Below are positions 1-7,351 of a stretch of DNA of 32,000 bases, one piece after another (position 1 is the first letter of the stretch; each line of letters opens with the position of its first letter). Made by a program: the position numbers and the translations under genes. This DNA comes from Haloferax volcanii DS2 (GTDB lineage: Archaea; Halobacteriota; Halobacteria; Halobacteriales; Haloferacaceae), in NCBI RefSeq assembly GCF_000025685.1, contig NC_013964.1, positions 30,001-62,000 of the forward strand. The letters run 5' to 3'. The notes beneath the pieces were generated by a model. That model did no database searches. It was not told where the DNA came from and saw only the letters and a program-made list of their open reading frames with translations.

Positions 1-787
1 CGACGCGGACCTTCGGACGTTCGGTGACTTGGCTCGGGTGGCGAGTATCGCCCGGACCTCGGTCGACCGACTCGCCGCCGAACTGACCGAGGACGCCGAC
101 GTGGTCGACGACGCGTTCGTCGACCGGCACGCGACGGTTCCCGTCGACGCCGAGGAAATCTGGGCCGCGGGCGTCACCTACCAGATAAGCGAGCAAGCGC
201 GCGAGGAGGAGAGTTCCATGCCCGATATGTACTTCGACGTGTACGACGCCGACCGGCCGGAGGTTTTCTTCAAGGCCACGCCGTCTCGGACCGTCGAACC
301 GGGCGACGCCATCGGCGTCAGAGGCGACTCCGAATGGGACGTGCCGGAGCCCGAACTGGGTATCGTGCTTCGCCGGGGGGAAATCGTCGGCTACACCGTC
401 GGCAACGACGTGAGTAGTCGGTCGATAGAGGGCGAAAACCCGCTGTATCTCCCACAGGCGAAAGTGTACGACCGCTGTTGTTCCATCGGCCCGTGTGTGG
501 TGACGCCCGAAGACGTGGAGGACCCCCACGAGTTGGAGATGAGCATGACTATCGAGCGCGACGGCGAAGTCATCTACGACGACGCCACGAACACCAGCGA
601 GATGGTCCGCAGCTGCGACGAACTCGTGTCGTACTTCACGCGACACAACACGGTGCCCGAACTGGCGGTCATCCTGACGGGCACGTCGCTCGTCCCCGAA
701 CAGCCGTTCGACCTTCAAGAGGGTGACCACGTCGACATCACTATCGAGGGTATCGGAACCCTCTCGAACTCCGTCACCACCGTATGA
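1..787 (+). CDS. xacE: 2-keto-3-deoxy-xylonate/arabinonate dehydratase, fumarylacetoacetate hydrolase (FAH) family; 5' end cut by window edge
   Basis: The reading frame is open from position 2, with no stop before the listed TTG at 29, so the gene starts upstream of the window. The FAH/KdaD-like sequence includes [31 protein letters not shown] and LPQAKVYD. Its stop overlaps the xacA start (ATGA at 784-787). Its position next to xylose dehydrogenase matches the Haloferax xac cluster as I recall it. Confidence 0.75.
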
Positions 788-1956
788 GCCCCGCCCCCAC
801 CGACATCGTCGAGGAGTTCACGCGCCGCGACTGGCAGGGAGACGACGTGACGGGCACCGTGCGGGTCGCCATGATCGGCCTCGGCTGGTGGACCCGCGAC
901 GAGGCGATTCCCGCGGTCGAGGCGTCCGAGTTCTGCGAGACGACGGTCGTCGTCAGCAGTTCGAAGGAGAAAGCCGAGGGCGCGACGGCGTTGACCGAGT
1001 CGATAACCCACGGCCTCACCTACGACGAGTTCCACGAGGGGGTCGCCGCCGACGCCTACGACGCGGTGTACGTCGTCACGCCGAACGGTCTGCATCTCCC
1101 GTACGTCGAGACCGCCGCCGAGTTGGGGAAGGCGGTCCTCTGCGAGAAACCGCTGGAAGCGTCGGTCGAGCGGGCCGAAAAGCTCGTCGCCGCCTGCGAC
1201 CGCGCCGACGTGCCCCTGATGGTCGCCTATCGGATGCAGACCGAGCCGGCCGTCCGGCGCGCCCGCGAACTCGTCGAGGCCGGCGTCATCGGCGAGCCGG
1301 TGTTCGTCCACGGCCACATGTCCCAGCGCCTGCTCGACGAGGTCGTCCCCGACCCCGACCAGTGGCGGCTCGACCCCGAACTCTCCGGCGGCGCGACCGT
1401 CATGGACATCGGGCTCTACCCGCTGAACACCGCCCGGTTCGTCCTCGACGCCGACCCCGTCCGCGTCAGGGCGACCGCCCGCGTCGACGACGAGGCGTTC
1501 GAGGCCGTCGGCGACGAGCACGTCAGTTTCGGCGTCGACTTCGACGACGGCACGCTCGCGGTCTGCACCGCCAGCCAGTCGGCTTACCAGTTGAGCCACC
1601 TCCGGGTGACCGGCACCGAGGGCGAACTCGAAATCGAGCCCGCGTTCTACAACCGCCAAAAGCGGGGATTCCGACTGTCGTGGGGGGACCAGTCCGCCGA
1701 CTACGACTTCGAGCAGGTAAACCAGATGACGGAGGAGTTCGACTACTTCGCGTCCCGGCTCCTGTCGGATTCCGACCCCGCGCCCGACGGCGACCACGCG
1801 CTCGTGGACATGCGCGCGATGGACGCGATTTACGCCGCGGCGGAGCGCGGGACCGATGTCGCCGTCGACGCCGCCGACTCCGATTCCGCCGACTCCGATT
1901 CCGCCGACGCTGCCGCCGCCAACCACGACGCCGACCCCGATTCCGACGGGACGTAG
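784..1956 (+). CDS. xacA: D-xylose 1-dehydrogenase (NADP), Gfo/Idh/MocA family, with acidic repeat tail
   Basis: 390-aa ORF. It has an N-terminal Rossmann motif (VAMIGLGWW), the EKP motif (LCEKPLE) typical of Gfo/Idh/MocA, and a C-terminal D/S/A-rich tail. Synteny with xacE and xacC supports the call. Confidence 0.85.
1871..1908 (+). repeat. 15-bp tandem repeat (GCCGACTCCGATTCC x2.4) encoding ADSDS repeats in the xacA tail; degenerate third copy at 1930-1947
   Basis: Units at 1873-1887 and 1888-1902 are identical, with a partial unit at 1903-1908. GCCGACCCCGATTCCGAC at 1930-1947 differs by one base. Confidence 0.85.
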
Positions 1957-1985
1957 GACTCGATTCGGCGCGTCGTCGCCCGCAG

Positions 1986-1993
1986 TTTTATTA
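1986..1993 (+). promoter_or_regulatory. TATA-like box TTTTATTA, 23 nt before the ATG at 2017 (leaderless promoter candidate)
   Basis: This is the only AT-rich element in the 60-nt gap after xacA. It is flanked by the 9-nt direct repeat CCCGCAGTT (1979-1987 and 2002-2010). Confidence 0.4.
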
Positions 1994-2016
1994 TCGGGTT
2001 TCCCGCAGTTCCCCGC

Positions 2017-2994
2017 ATGATGTTCGGCATCCTCGGCACGGCAGGCATCGGCGTCAAATCGGTCATCCCCGCGGTGCAGGCGAGCGAGCACGAGGCGGCC
2101 GCCATCGCGTCCCGCGACGAGGCGCGAGCGAGCGCCGTCGCCGACGAACTCGGCATCCCCACCGCCTACGGCAGCTACGAGGCGCTGTTGGCCGACGACT
2201 CCCTCGACGCGGTTTACATCCCGCTCCCCAACGGCCTCCACGCCGACTGGGTTCGCGCGGCCGCCGACCGCGGGCTGCACGTCCTCTGCGAGAAGCCGCT
2301 GACCGCCAGCGCCGACGAGACGGCCGCCGTCTTCGACTACTGCGAGGACGCGGGCGTCACGTTGATGGAGGCGTTCATGTACCGCTTCCACCCGCTGACC
2401 GAGCGGGCCGCGGAACTCGTCGCGTCTGAGCTCGGCGCGGTCGTCTCTGTCACGTCGAACTTCTCGTTCCGCCTGCCCGACGGGGCCGACGACATCCGCA
2501 TCGACCCCGACCTCGCCGGCGGGAGCGTCATGGACGTGGGCTGCTACGCCGTCAGCGCGGCGCGACTCTTCCTCGGGACGCCCGACCGGGTGTACGCGAC
2601 CACGACCGACACGCGCGACTGCGGCGTCGACACCCGGATGTCGGGCGTCTTGGAGTACGACTCCGGCGCGACCGCCCGCGTCGAATCGTCGTTCGACACG
2701 CCCGAGACGCAGTACTACCGCGTCCAGACCACCGACGGCCGGCTGGAGGCGAACCCCGCGTTCAACGTCGACCCGACGGCCGCGGCCGAACTCACTTACG
2801 CGACCGACGGCCGCGTCGTCACGGAGACGTTCGACCCGACAGACAGCTACCGCCGCGAGGTCGAGGCGTTCGCCCGCGCCGTCGAGACCGGCGAGACGCC
2901 GCGCGTCGACCGCGAGGAATCCGTGTCGGTCATGCGGACCATCGACGCGATTTACGAGAGCGCCGAGACCGGGGCCGCAGTCGAGCTGGACTGA
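2017..2994 (+). CDS. Gfo/Idh/MocA family oxidoreductase of unknown substrate (HVO_B0029-like)
   Basis: 325-aa ORF with an N-terminal dinucleotide-binding fold (FGILGTAGIG) and the LCEKPL motif. It is a paralogous family to xacA but shorter and lacks the acidic tail. Confidence 0.8.
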   Translation: MMFGILGTAGIGVKSVIPAVQASEHEAAAIASRDEARASAVADELGIPTAYGSYEALLADDSLDAVYIPLPNGLHADWVRAAADRGLHVLCEKPLTASADETAAVFDYCEDAGVTLMEAFMYRFHPLTERAAELVASELGAVVSVTSNFSFRLPDGADDIRIDPDLAGGSVMDVGCYAVSAARLFLGTPDRVYATTTDTRDCGVDTRMSGVLEYDSGATARVESSFDTPETQYYRVQTTDGRLEANPAFNVDPTAAAELTYATDGRVVTETFDPTDSYRREVEAFARAVETGETPRVDREESVSVMRTIDAIYESAETGAAVELD

Positions 2995-3018
2995 CCGCCC
3001 GCCGCTGTCCGTTTCGAC

Positions 3019-3894
3019 TCACCCCAACCGAACGTCGGAGCGGAACTCGGGCCGCCCGGTCGCCGCCACGTCGAGGCGGAACAGCGCGCCCGCAGCGTCG
3101 CCGGTGCTCTCGTCGCCCTCGCCAGCGCTCCCGTCCCCGTCGCCGCCGGCGGTCGTCACGTAGAGCGAATCGAGGTCCGGCCCGCCGAAGGCGACGCTCG
3201 TCACCTTCTCCGTCGGCACGTCGAACCGGCCGAGTTCGGTGCCGTCGGCGTCGTACTCGACCACACAGCCGCCCTCCCAGCGGGCCGACCAGATGTGCCC
3301 CGCCGAATCGACCGTCATCCCGTCCGGTAGCCCCGGCGTCTCCGGCGATTCGACGAACCGCTCGCGGGCCGAGACGGCTCCCGTCTCTTCGTCGTAGGCG
3401 TACCGATAGACGGTGCGCGCCTCGGTTTCCGTGAAGTAGAATCGCTCGCGGTCGCGGGTGAATCCCATCCCGTTGGGGATTCCGACGCCGGTTTCGACCG
3501 TCGTCACCGTTCCGTCGGTGTCGAGGCGGAACAGCCGCCCGCCCGCCGTATCTGACGGCATCGTCCCGCAGAACACCCGCCCGGCGGGGTCGGCGATGAC
3601 GTCGTTGAACCGGGTCGGTGAGTCGACGATTCGCGCGCTTTCCCGGCGGTCGCCGTCGACGACGCGCCCGACGCGACCGCGGTCCATGAACGCTAGGAGC
3701 GACCCGTCGCGCTGTATCGTCACGCCGGCGATGACCGACGTTTCGACCGGACAGTCGTGCGCTCCGGTCTCGGGGTCGTAGCGGTGGAGTCGCCCGGATT
3801 CGATGTCTACCCAGTACAGCCGCTTCTCGTCGGGGTGCCAGACCGGTCCCTCGCCGAGTCGGCACGACGTGTCGACCACTCTCGTGACGGTCAT
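3019..3894 (-). CDS. xacC: pentonolactonase (xylono/arabinono-1,4-lactonase), SMP-30/gluconolactonase/LRE family
   Basis: The SMP-30 beta-propeller-like sequence includes LGEGPVWH, LYWVDI, RFNDVIADPAGR, PNGMGF and LYVTTA. The track ORF starts at 3960, but I prefer the internal ATG at 3894 (MTVTRVVD...). That start gives about 291 aa, typical of the family, and lies 23 nt after a TATA-like box at 3918-3924. Confidence 0.8.
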   Translation of the reverse strand: MTVTRVVDTSCRLGEGPVWHPDEKRLYWVDIESGRLHRYDPETGAHDCPVETSVIAGVTIQRDGSLLAFMDRGRVGRVVDGDRRESARIVDSPTRFNDVIADPAGRVFCGTMPSDTAGGRLFRLDTDGTVTTVETGVGIPNGMGFTRDRERFYFTETEARTVYRYAYDEETGAVSARERFVESPETPGLPDGMTVDSAGHIWSARWEGGCVVEYDADGTELGRFDVPTEKVTSVAFGGPDLDSLYVTTAGGDGDGSAGEGDESTGDAAGALFRLDVAATGRPEFRSDVRLG

Positions 3895-3914
3895 GAGCAA
3901 CCGTTCGGAACCGA

Positions 3915-3932
3915 CCGCAAAATACGCTTCCC
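3915..3932 (-). promoter_or_regulatory. xacC promoter candidate: GGGAAGCGTATTTTGCGG (minus strand), TATA-like TATTTTG 23 nt before ATG 3894
   Basis: The spacing fits a leaderless mRNA. It shares the GGAA..CGT + T/A-box arrangement with the promoters at 4821-4835 and 4860-4874. Confidence 0.4.
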
Positions 3933-4035
3933 TCGGGTTCGGGGCGCGGCACGCCGACACTGCGCCGCCGTGCTGCTACGCCACCGCGCCCCGTGTCGCC
4001 GTGCCGTCGCACCCCCGAACCCCCGTGCCCGCCGC

Positions 4036-4797
4036 TCAGAAGTGCGAGAGCTTGTCGCGTCGGTAGAGGTCGAGCGACAGCACGGTGTTCGGTGACCGCT
4101 GGCGGACCGCGTAGGCGATGGCGTCGGCCACCTCTATCGCCTCCGTCACTTCGCCCTCCTCGAACGACGCTTCGAGCGTCTCGCCGCTCTCGGAGCCGAA
4201 CTCGGTCCGAACCTCGGTCGGATTGACGCAGGTCACGCCGACGTTCTCCTCGCCGATGGACCCCTGCAGGCTCGACGCGAACCCGCGGACCCACCACTTC
4301 GTCGCGGCGTACACCGGGTTGTGCGGCCGCGGGTGGTTCCCCGACATGCTCCCGAGGAAGACGAGGTTGCCCTCGGACGCTTCGAGGTGCGGAAGCGCCT
4401 CTCTGGCCGTGTAGAACATCCCGTCGACGTTGACGCCGGTCATCAGGCGGTACTCCTCGTCGGTCAGCTCCGCGACCGGCTTGTCGATGCCGAGGCCGGC
4501 GTTACAGACGACGATGTCGAGCGAGCCGAACCGCTCGACGGTCGCGTCGACGAGCGCCCGGACCGCGTCGGAGTCGGTCACGTCCGTCGGCACGACGCTC
4601 ACGGCGGCGTCCGTGGCGTCACGAATCTCGTCAGCGAGCGATTCCAGTCGTTCGACTCTGCGGGCGGCGAGACACACGTCCGCGCCGTCCTCGGCGAGCA
4701 CGCGCGCGGTCGCCGCGCCGATTCCCGAACTCGCACCCGTGACGAGCGCCGTCCGGCCGTCGAGCGGGTCTTCCAAGGCGGTTGGTCGGTCGACCAT
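4036..4797 (-). CDS. short-chain dehydrogenase/reductase (SDR), substrate unknown (HVO_B0031-like)
   Basis: The C-terminal 253 aa of the 597-aa track ORF start at MVDRPTALEDPLDGRTALVTGASSGIGAA, which contains the TGxxxGxG cofactor motif. NAG and YxxxK (YAATKWW) motifs are present. The upstream 344 codons are antisense to xacB and Arg/Val/Asp-rich, so they are treated as shadow sequence. Confidence 0.8.
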   Translation of the reverse strand: MVDRPTALEDPLDGRTALVTGASSGIGAATARVLAEDGADVCLAARRVERLESLADEIRDATDAAVSVVPTDVTDSDAVRALVDATVERFGSLDIVVCNAGLGIDKPVAELTDEEYRLMTGVNVDGMFYTAREALPHLEASEGNLVFLGSMSGNHPRPHNPVYAATKWWVRGFASSLQGSIGEENVGVTCVNPTEVRTEFGSESGETLEASFEEGEVTEAIEVADAIAYAVRQRSPNTVLSLDLYRRDKLSHF

Positions 4798-4820
4798 ACG
4801 CCGTGATTGTGACCCTGCCG

Positions 4821-4835
4821 CATACGTGTTTCCCC
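4821..4835 (-). promoter_or_regulatory. SDR promoter candidate: GGGGAAACACGTATG (minus strand), 23 nt before ATG 4797
   Basis: This is the left arm of an inverted repeat (ACGTGTTTCC 4824-4833 / GGAACACGT 4860-4868) in the 99-nt divergent intergenic region. Confidence 0.35.
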
Positions 4836-4859
4836 ACGGGAATCTGGCGACGGACGCTT

Positions 4860-4874
4860 GGAACACGTTTATTA
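4860..4874 (+). promoter_or_regulatory. xacB promoter candidate: GGAACACGTTTATTA, TATA box TTTATTA 22 nt before ATG 4897
   Basis: A clear TATA-like box at leaderless spacing. It forms the right arm of the divergent-promoter inverted repeat. Confidence 0.5.
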
Positions 4875-4896
4875 GACTTCCGTCGATTGTCATCGT

Positions 4897-5661
4897 ATGG
4901 CACGTATTGCGGTCACCGGAGCGGCTGGTAACGTCGGGAGAGTCACGGTCGAAGCGCTGGCGTCGGACCACGACGTGACGCCCATCACGCATCGCGAGCG
5001 CGAGGGACTCGACAGCGTCATCCTCGACGTGCGCGACGAAGACGCGCTGACCGAGGCGTTCGAGGGCCACGACATCGTCGTCCACCTCGCGGCCAACCCG
5101 AACCCCGACGCGGCGTGGGACAGCGTCTACGAGGTCAACATCGGCGGCACGTACAACGTCTACGAGGCGGCGCTGGCGGCCGATATCGACCGACTCGTTT
5201 TCGCCAGCACGAACCACGTCCACCAGATGTACAACATCGCCGACGCGACCCGACCGGAGACGCTGGCGGCCGACGCCGAGGCGGTCGGCGTGTCGGACCC
5301 GCCGCGCCCCGACTCGTACTACGGCGTGAGCAAGGTGTTCGGTGAGGCGCTTGGCAACTACTACGCGGACCGACACGGACTGGAAGTGCTCAATCTCCGC
5401 ATCGGATGGCTCCTGACGGCCGACGAGGTCCGCGAGAAGATGGACGAAGAGGAGTCGGTCGCGCGCTACGTCCGCGCGATGTGGCTCAGCCCCGGCGACT
5501 GCGAACAGGGGATGCGCCGGGCCGTCGAGGCGTCGCTTCCCGATTCGCCGCTCGCGGTCAACCTCATCTCGGCGAACGACGACCGATATCTCTCGCTCAC
5601 GGAGACGATGCGCGCCATCGGCTACCGCCCGCGAGACAACTCGGCGACCGTCGTGGAGTGA
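4897..5661 (+). CDS. xacB: L-arabinose 1-dehydrogenase, NAD-dependent epimerase/dehydratase (extended SDR) family
   Basis: 254-aa ORF with the N-terminal motif VTGAAGNVG and YxxxK (YYGVSKVF). Its position in the xac island matches HVO_B0032 as I recall it. Confidence 0.8.
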   Translation: MARIAVTGAAGNVGRVTVEALASDHDVTPITHREREGLDSVILDVRDEDALTEAFEGHDIVVHLAANPNPDAAWDSVYEVNIGGTYNVYEAALAADIDRLVFASTNHVHQMYNIADATRPETLAADAEAVGVSDPPRPDSYYGVSKVFGEALGNYYADRHGLEVLNLRIGWLLTADEVREKMDEEESVARYVRAMWLSPGDCEQGMRRAVEASLPDSPLAVNLISANDDRYLSLTETMRAIGYRPRDNSATVVE

Positions 5662-5856
5662 GCGAGCGGGGCGGTGGCTGAGCGACCGTGGAGTGACGTT
5701 CGTCGATGCCGACGCACCGCTACTGCGAGTCGGTGTCGCGGGCGACGACGCACGACCCCGAACGGCGTCTCGTTCGCCTCTCGAAGGAGCGTTCAGGTTC
5801 TCGCGCGGTAGTTTTCGGGGCGAATCCATCGCGAAGCGCGTTGCTGGGACCCACCG

Positions 5857-5865
5857 TTTTTATAT
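5857..5865 (+). promoter_or_regulatory. xacG upstream TATA-like box TTTTTATAT; a second TATAT lies at 5887-5891
   Basis: There are two AT-rich boxes in an otherwise GC-rich 256-nt intergenic region. The proximal one is 26 nt before ATG 5918 (leaderless spacing). The distal one would give a roughly 30-nt leader. Confidence 0.4.
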
Positions 5866-5878
5866 CATCATCTGCTAT

Positions 5879-5899
5879 CCACAACCTATATGTGTGGGT
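5879..5899. promoter_or_regulatory. quasi-palindromic element CCACAACCTATATGTGTGGGT enclosing the proximal xacG TATA
   Basis: 16 of 21 positions are identical to CCACTACAAAAGTGTGTGGGT at 13068-13088 in the xacD/xacF control region. The arms CCACA / TGTGG are inverted repeats. Confidence 0.4.
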
Positions 5900-5917
5900 A
5901 GATAACATGGGTACTAC

Positions 5918-7297
5918 ATGGTCGAGCATGACAGTAGCGATGAAAGTGTAAACCGTCGAAAATATTTGAAGGCCCTGACCGTGGGTGCGGCCGCTGGCAT
6001 CGCGGGGTGTACCGGCGGTGGCGGAACCGAGACGGAGAGCACCGAGAGCGGAAACGGGAACGGTTCCGGCGGTTCCACCGACGACACCGAGACGAGCGGG
6101 AGCAGTTCCGGTGAGTCGTGGGACTCGCAACTCGAAGTGCTCCACGGGTGGGCCGGCGGCGACGGCGAGGCGGCGGTCACCGCGCTCATCGAGGCCTTCG
6201 AGGAGGAACATCCCGAGATGGATACGAACTTCCAGGCGGTCGGTGCGAGCGCGAACGTGAACCTCAACGCGACGATTCTTCGACGGCTCGCGAACAACAA
6301 CCCGATGAGCTCGTTCGCCAACTGGCCGGGGAAGAACCTCGAACGGTACTCGGGCGCACTGATGGACCTCGAAGCCGACGTGTGGGACGCCGAGGGATTC
6401 AAAGACACCATGCAGTCCCGCGCGGTGGAACTGTGTAAGTTCAACGACAAGATGCCGGCGGTCCCAATCGGGTCCCACCGGATGAACAACCTGTTCTACA
6501 ACACCGCCGTCTTCGAGGAGGCCGGCATCGACGCGTCGAGCCTCGATAGCGTCGACGCGCTCCTCGACGCGCTCGAAACCATCGACCAGAACACGGACGT
6601 GACGCCGATGGCGCAGGCGATGGTCGCGCCGTGGACGAACCTCCAGCTTTGGGCGCAGATTCTGACGAGCCAAAGCGGCGTCGAGGCGTACACGAACTTC
6701 ATCGAGGGCAACCCCGACAGGGCGGCCGTCGTGGAAGCGCTCGAGGCGCTGAAGACTATCAACGAGAACTACATCACCGCCGACGCCTCGTCTATTAGCT
6801 TCACGACGGCGGGCCAGAAGGTCATCTCGGGGAAGGCGGCCACCATCCACCAGGGGAACTGGGTCTACGGCATGTTCCGCGCCGACGACAGCTTCAACTA
6901 CAAAGAGCAGTGGGATTGGATACCGTTCCCGGGCACGGAAGGTATCTACTTCTACCACGTCGACTCCATCGTCGCGCCGAGCAACAACCCGAGCCGCGAG
7001 GAGACCATCGCGTGGCAGAAGTTCGTCGGCTCGAAGAAGGCCCAGATCGCCTTCAACAACCCCAAGGGGTCGGTTCCGCTCCGCACCGACATCGACCCGA
7101 GCGAACTGACCGACTTCCTCGCGATGACGTACGAGGACCTCACCGATTCGGAGGCCTACCCGCCGACCATCGCCCACGGGCTCGCAGTCACGCCCAAGAC
7201 GATGGGCGCGTGTAAGACCGCCTTCGGCGACAACTTCATGGGGCCGTTCAACGTCGAAGCCACCGCCGACGCGCTCGTCGCAGCGGTCTCGGAGTGA
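5918..7297 (+). CDS. xacG: ABC transporter (CUT1) sugar-binding lipoprotein for pentoses, Tat signal plus lipobox
   Basis: 459-aa ORF with a twin-arginine motif (NRRKYLK), a lipobox (IAGC) and a Thr/Ser/Gly/Glu-rich linker. It has an extracellular solute-binding family 1-like body and is followed by two permeases and two ATPases. Confidence 0.85.
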   Translation: MVEHDSSDESVNRRKYLKALTVGAAAGIAGCTGGGGTETESTESGNGNGSGGSTDDTETSGSSSGESWDSQLEVLHGWAGGDGEAAVTALIEAFEEEHPEMDTNFQAVGASANVNLNATILRRLANNNPMSSFANWPGKNLERYSGALMDLEADVWDAEGFKDTMQSRAVELCKFNDKMPAVPIGSHRMNNLFYNTAVFEEAGIDASSLDSVDALLDALETIDQNTDVTPMAQAMVAPWTNLQLWAQILTSQSGVEAYTNFIEGNPDRAAVVEALEALKTINENYITADASSISFTTAGQKVISGKAATIHQGNWVYGMFRADDSFNYKEQWDWIPFPGTEGIYFYHVDSIVAPSNNPSREETIAWQKFVGSKKAQIAFNNPKGSVPLRTDIDPSELTDFLAMTYEDLTDSEAYPPTIAHGLAVTPKTMGACKTAFGDNFMGPFNVEATADALVAAVSE

Positions 7298-7351
7298 GAC
7301 CTCGGCTGAAACTTCACCCTCATTATACACAAATAAAATATAGGTATATCC

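Noticed and set aside
715-4297. Long ORFs 715..2391(-), 723..2429(+) and 2930..4297(-) of 455-568 aa overlapping xacA, the second oxidoreductase and xacC.
   Set aside because: Their translations are dominated by Arg/Gly/Pro/Asp/Val runs (for example RRRGRRRR) and have no recognisable domain. They lie antisense or out of frame to well-formed enzyme genes. These are typical stop-codon-poor shadow ORFs of high-GC DNA.
4798-5829. The N-terminal 344 codons of the 597-aa ORF 4036..5829(-).
   Set aside because: They are antisense to xacB and compositionally biased. The SDR cofactor motif begins right after the internal Met at 4797, which also has a TATA-like box at leaderless spacing.
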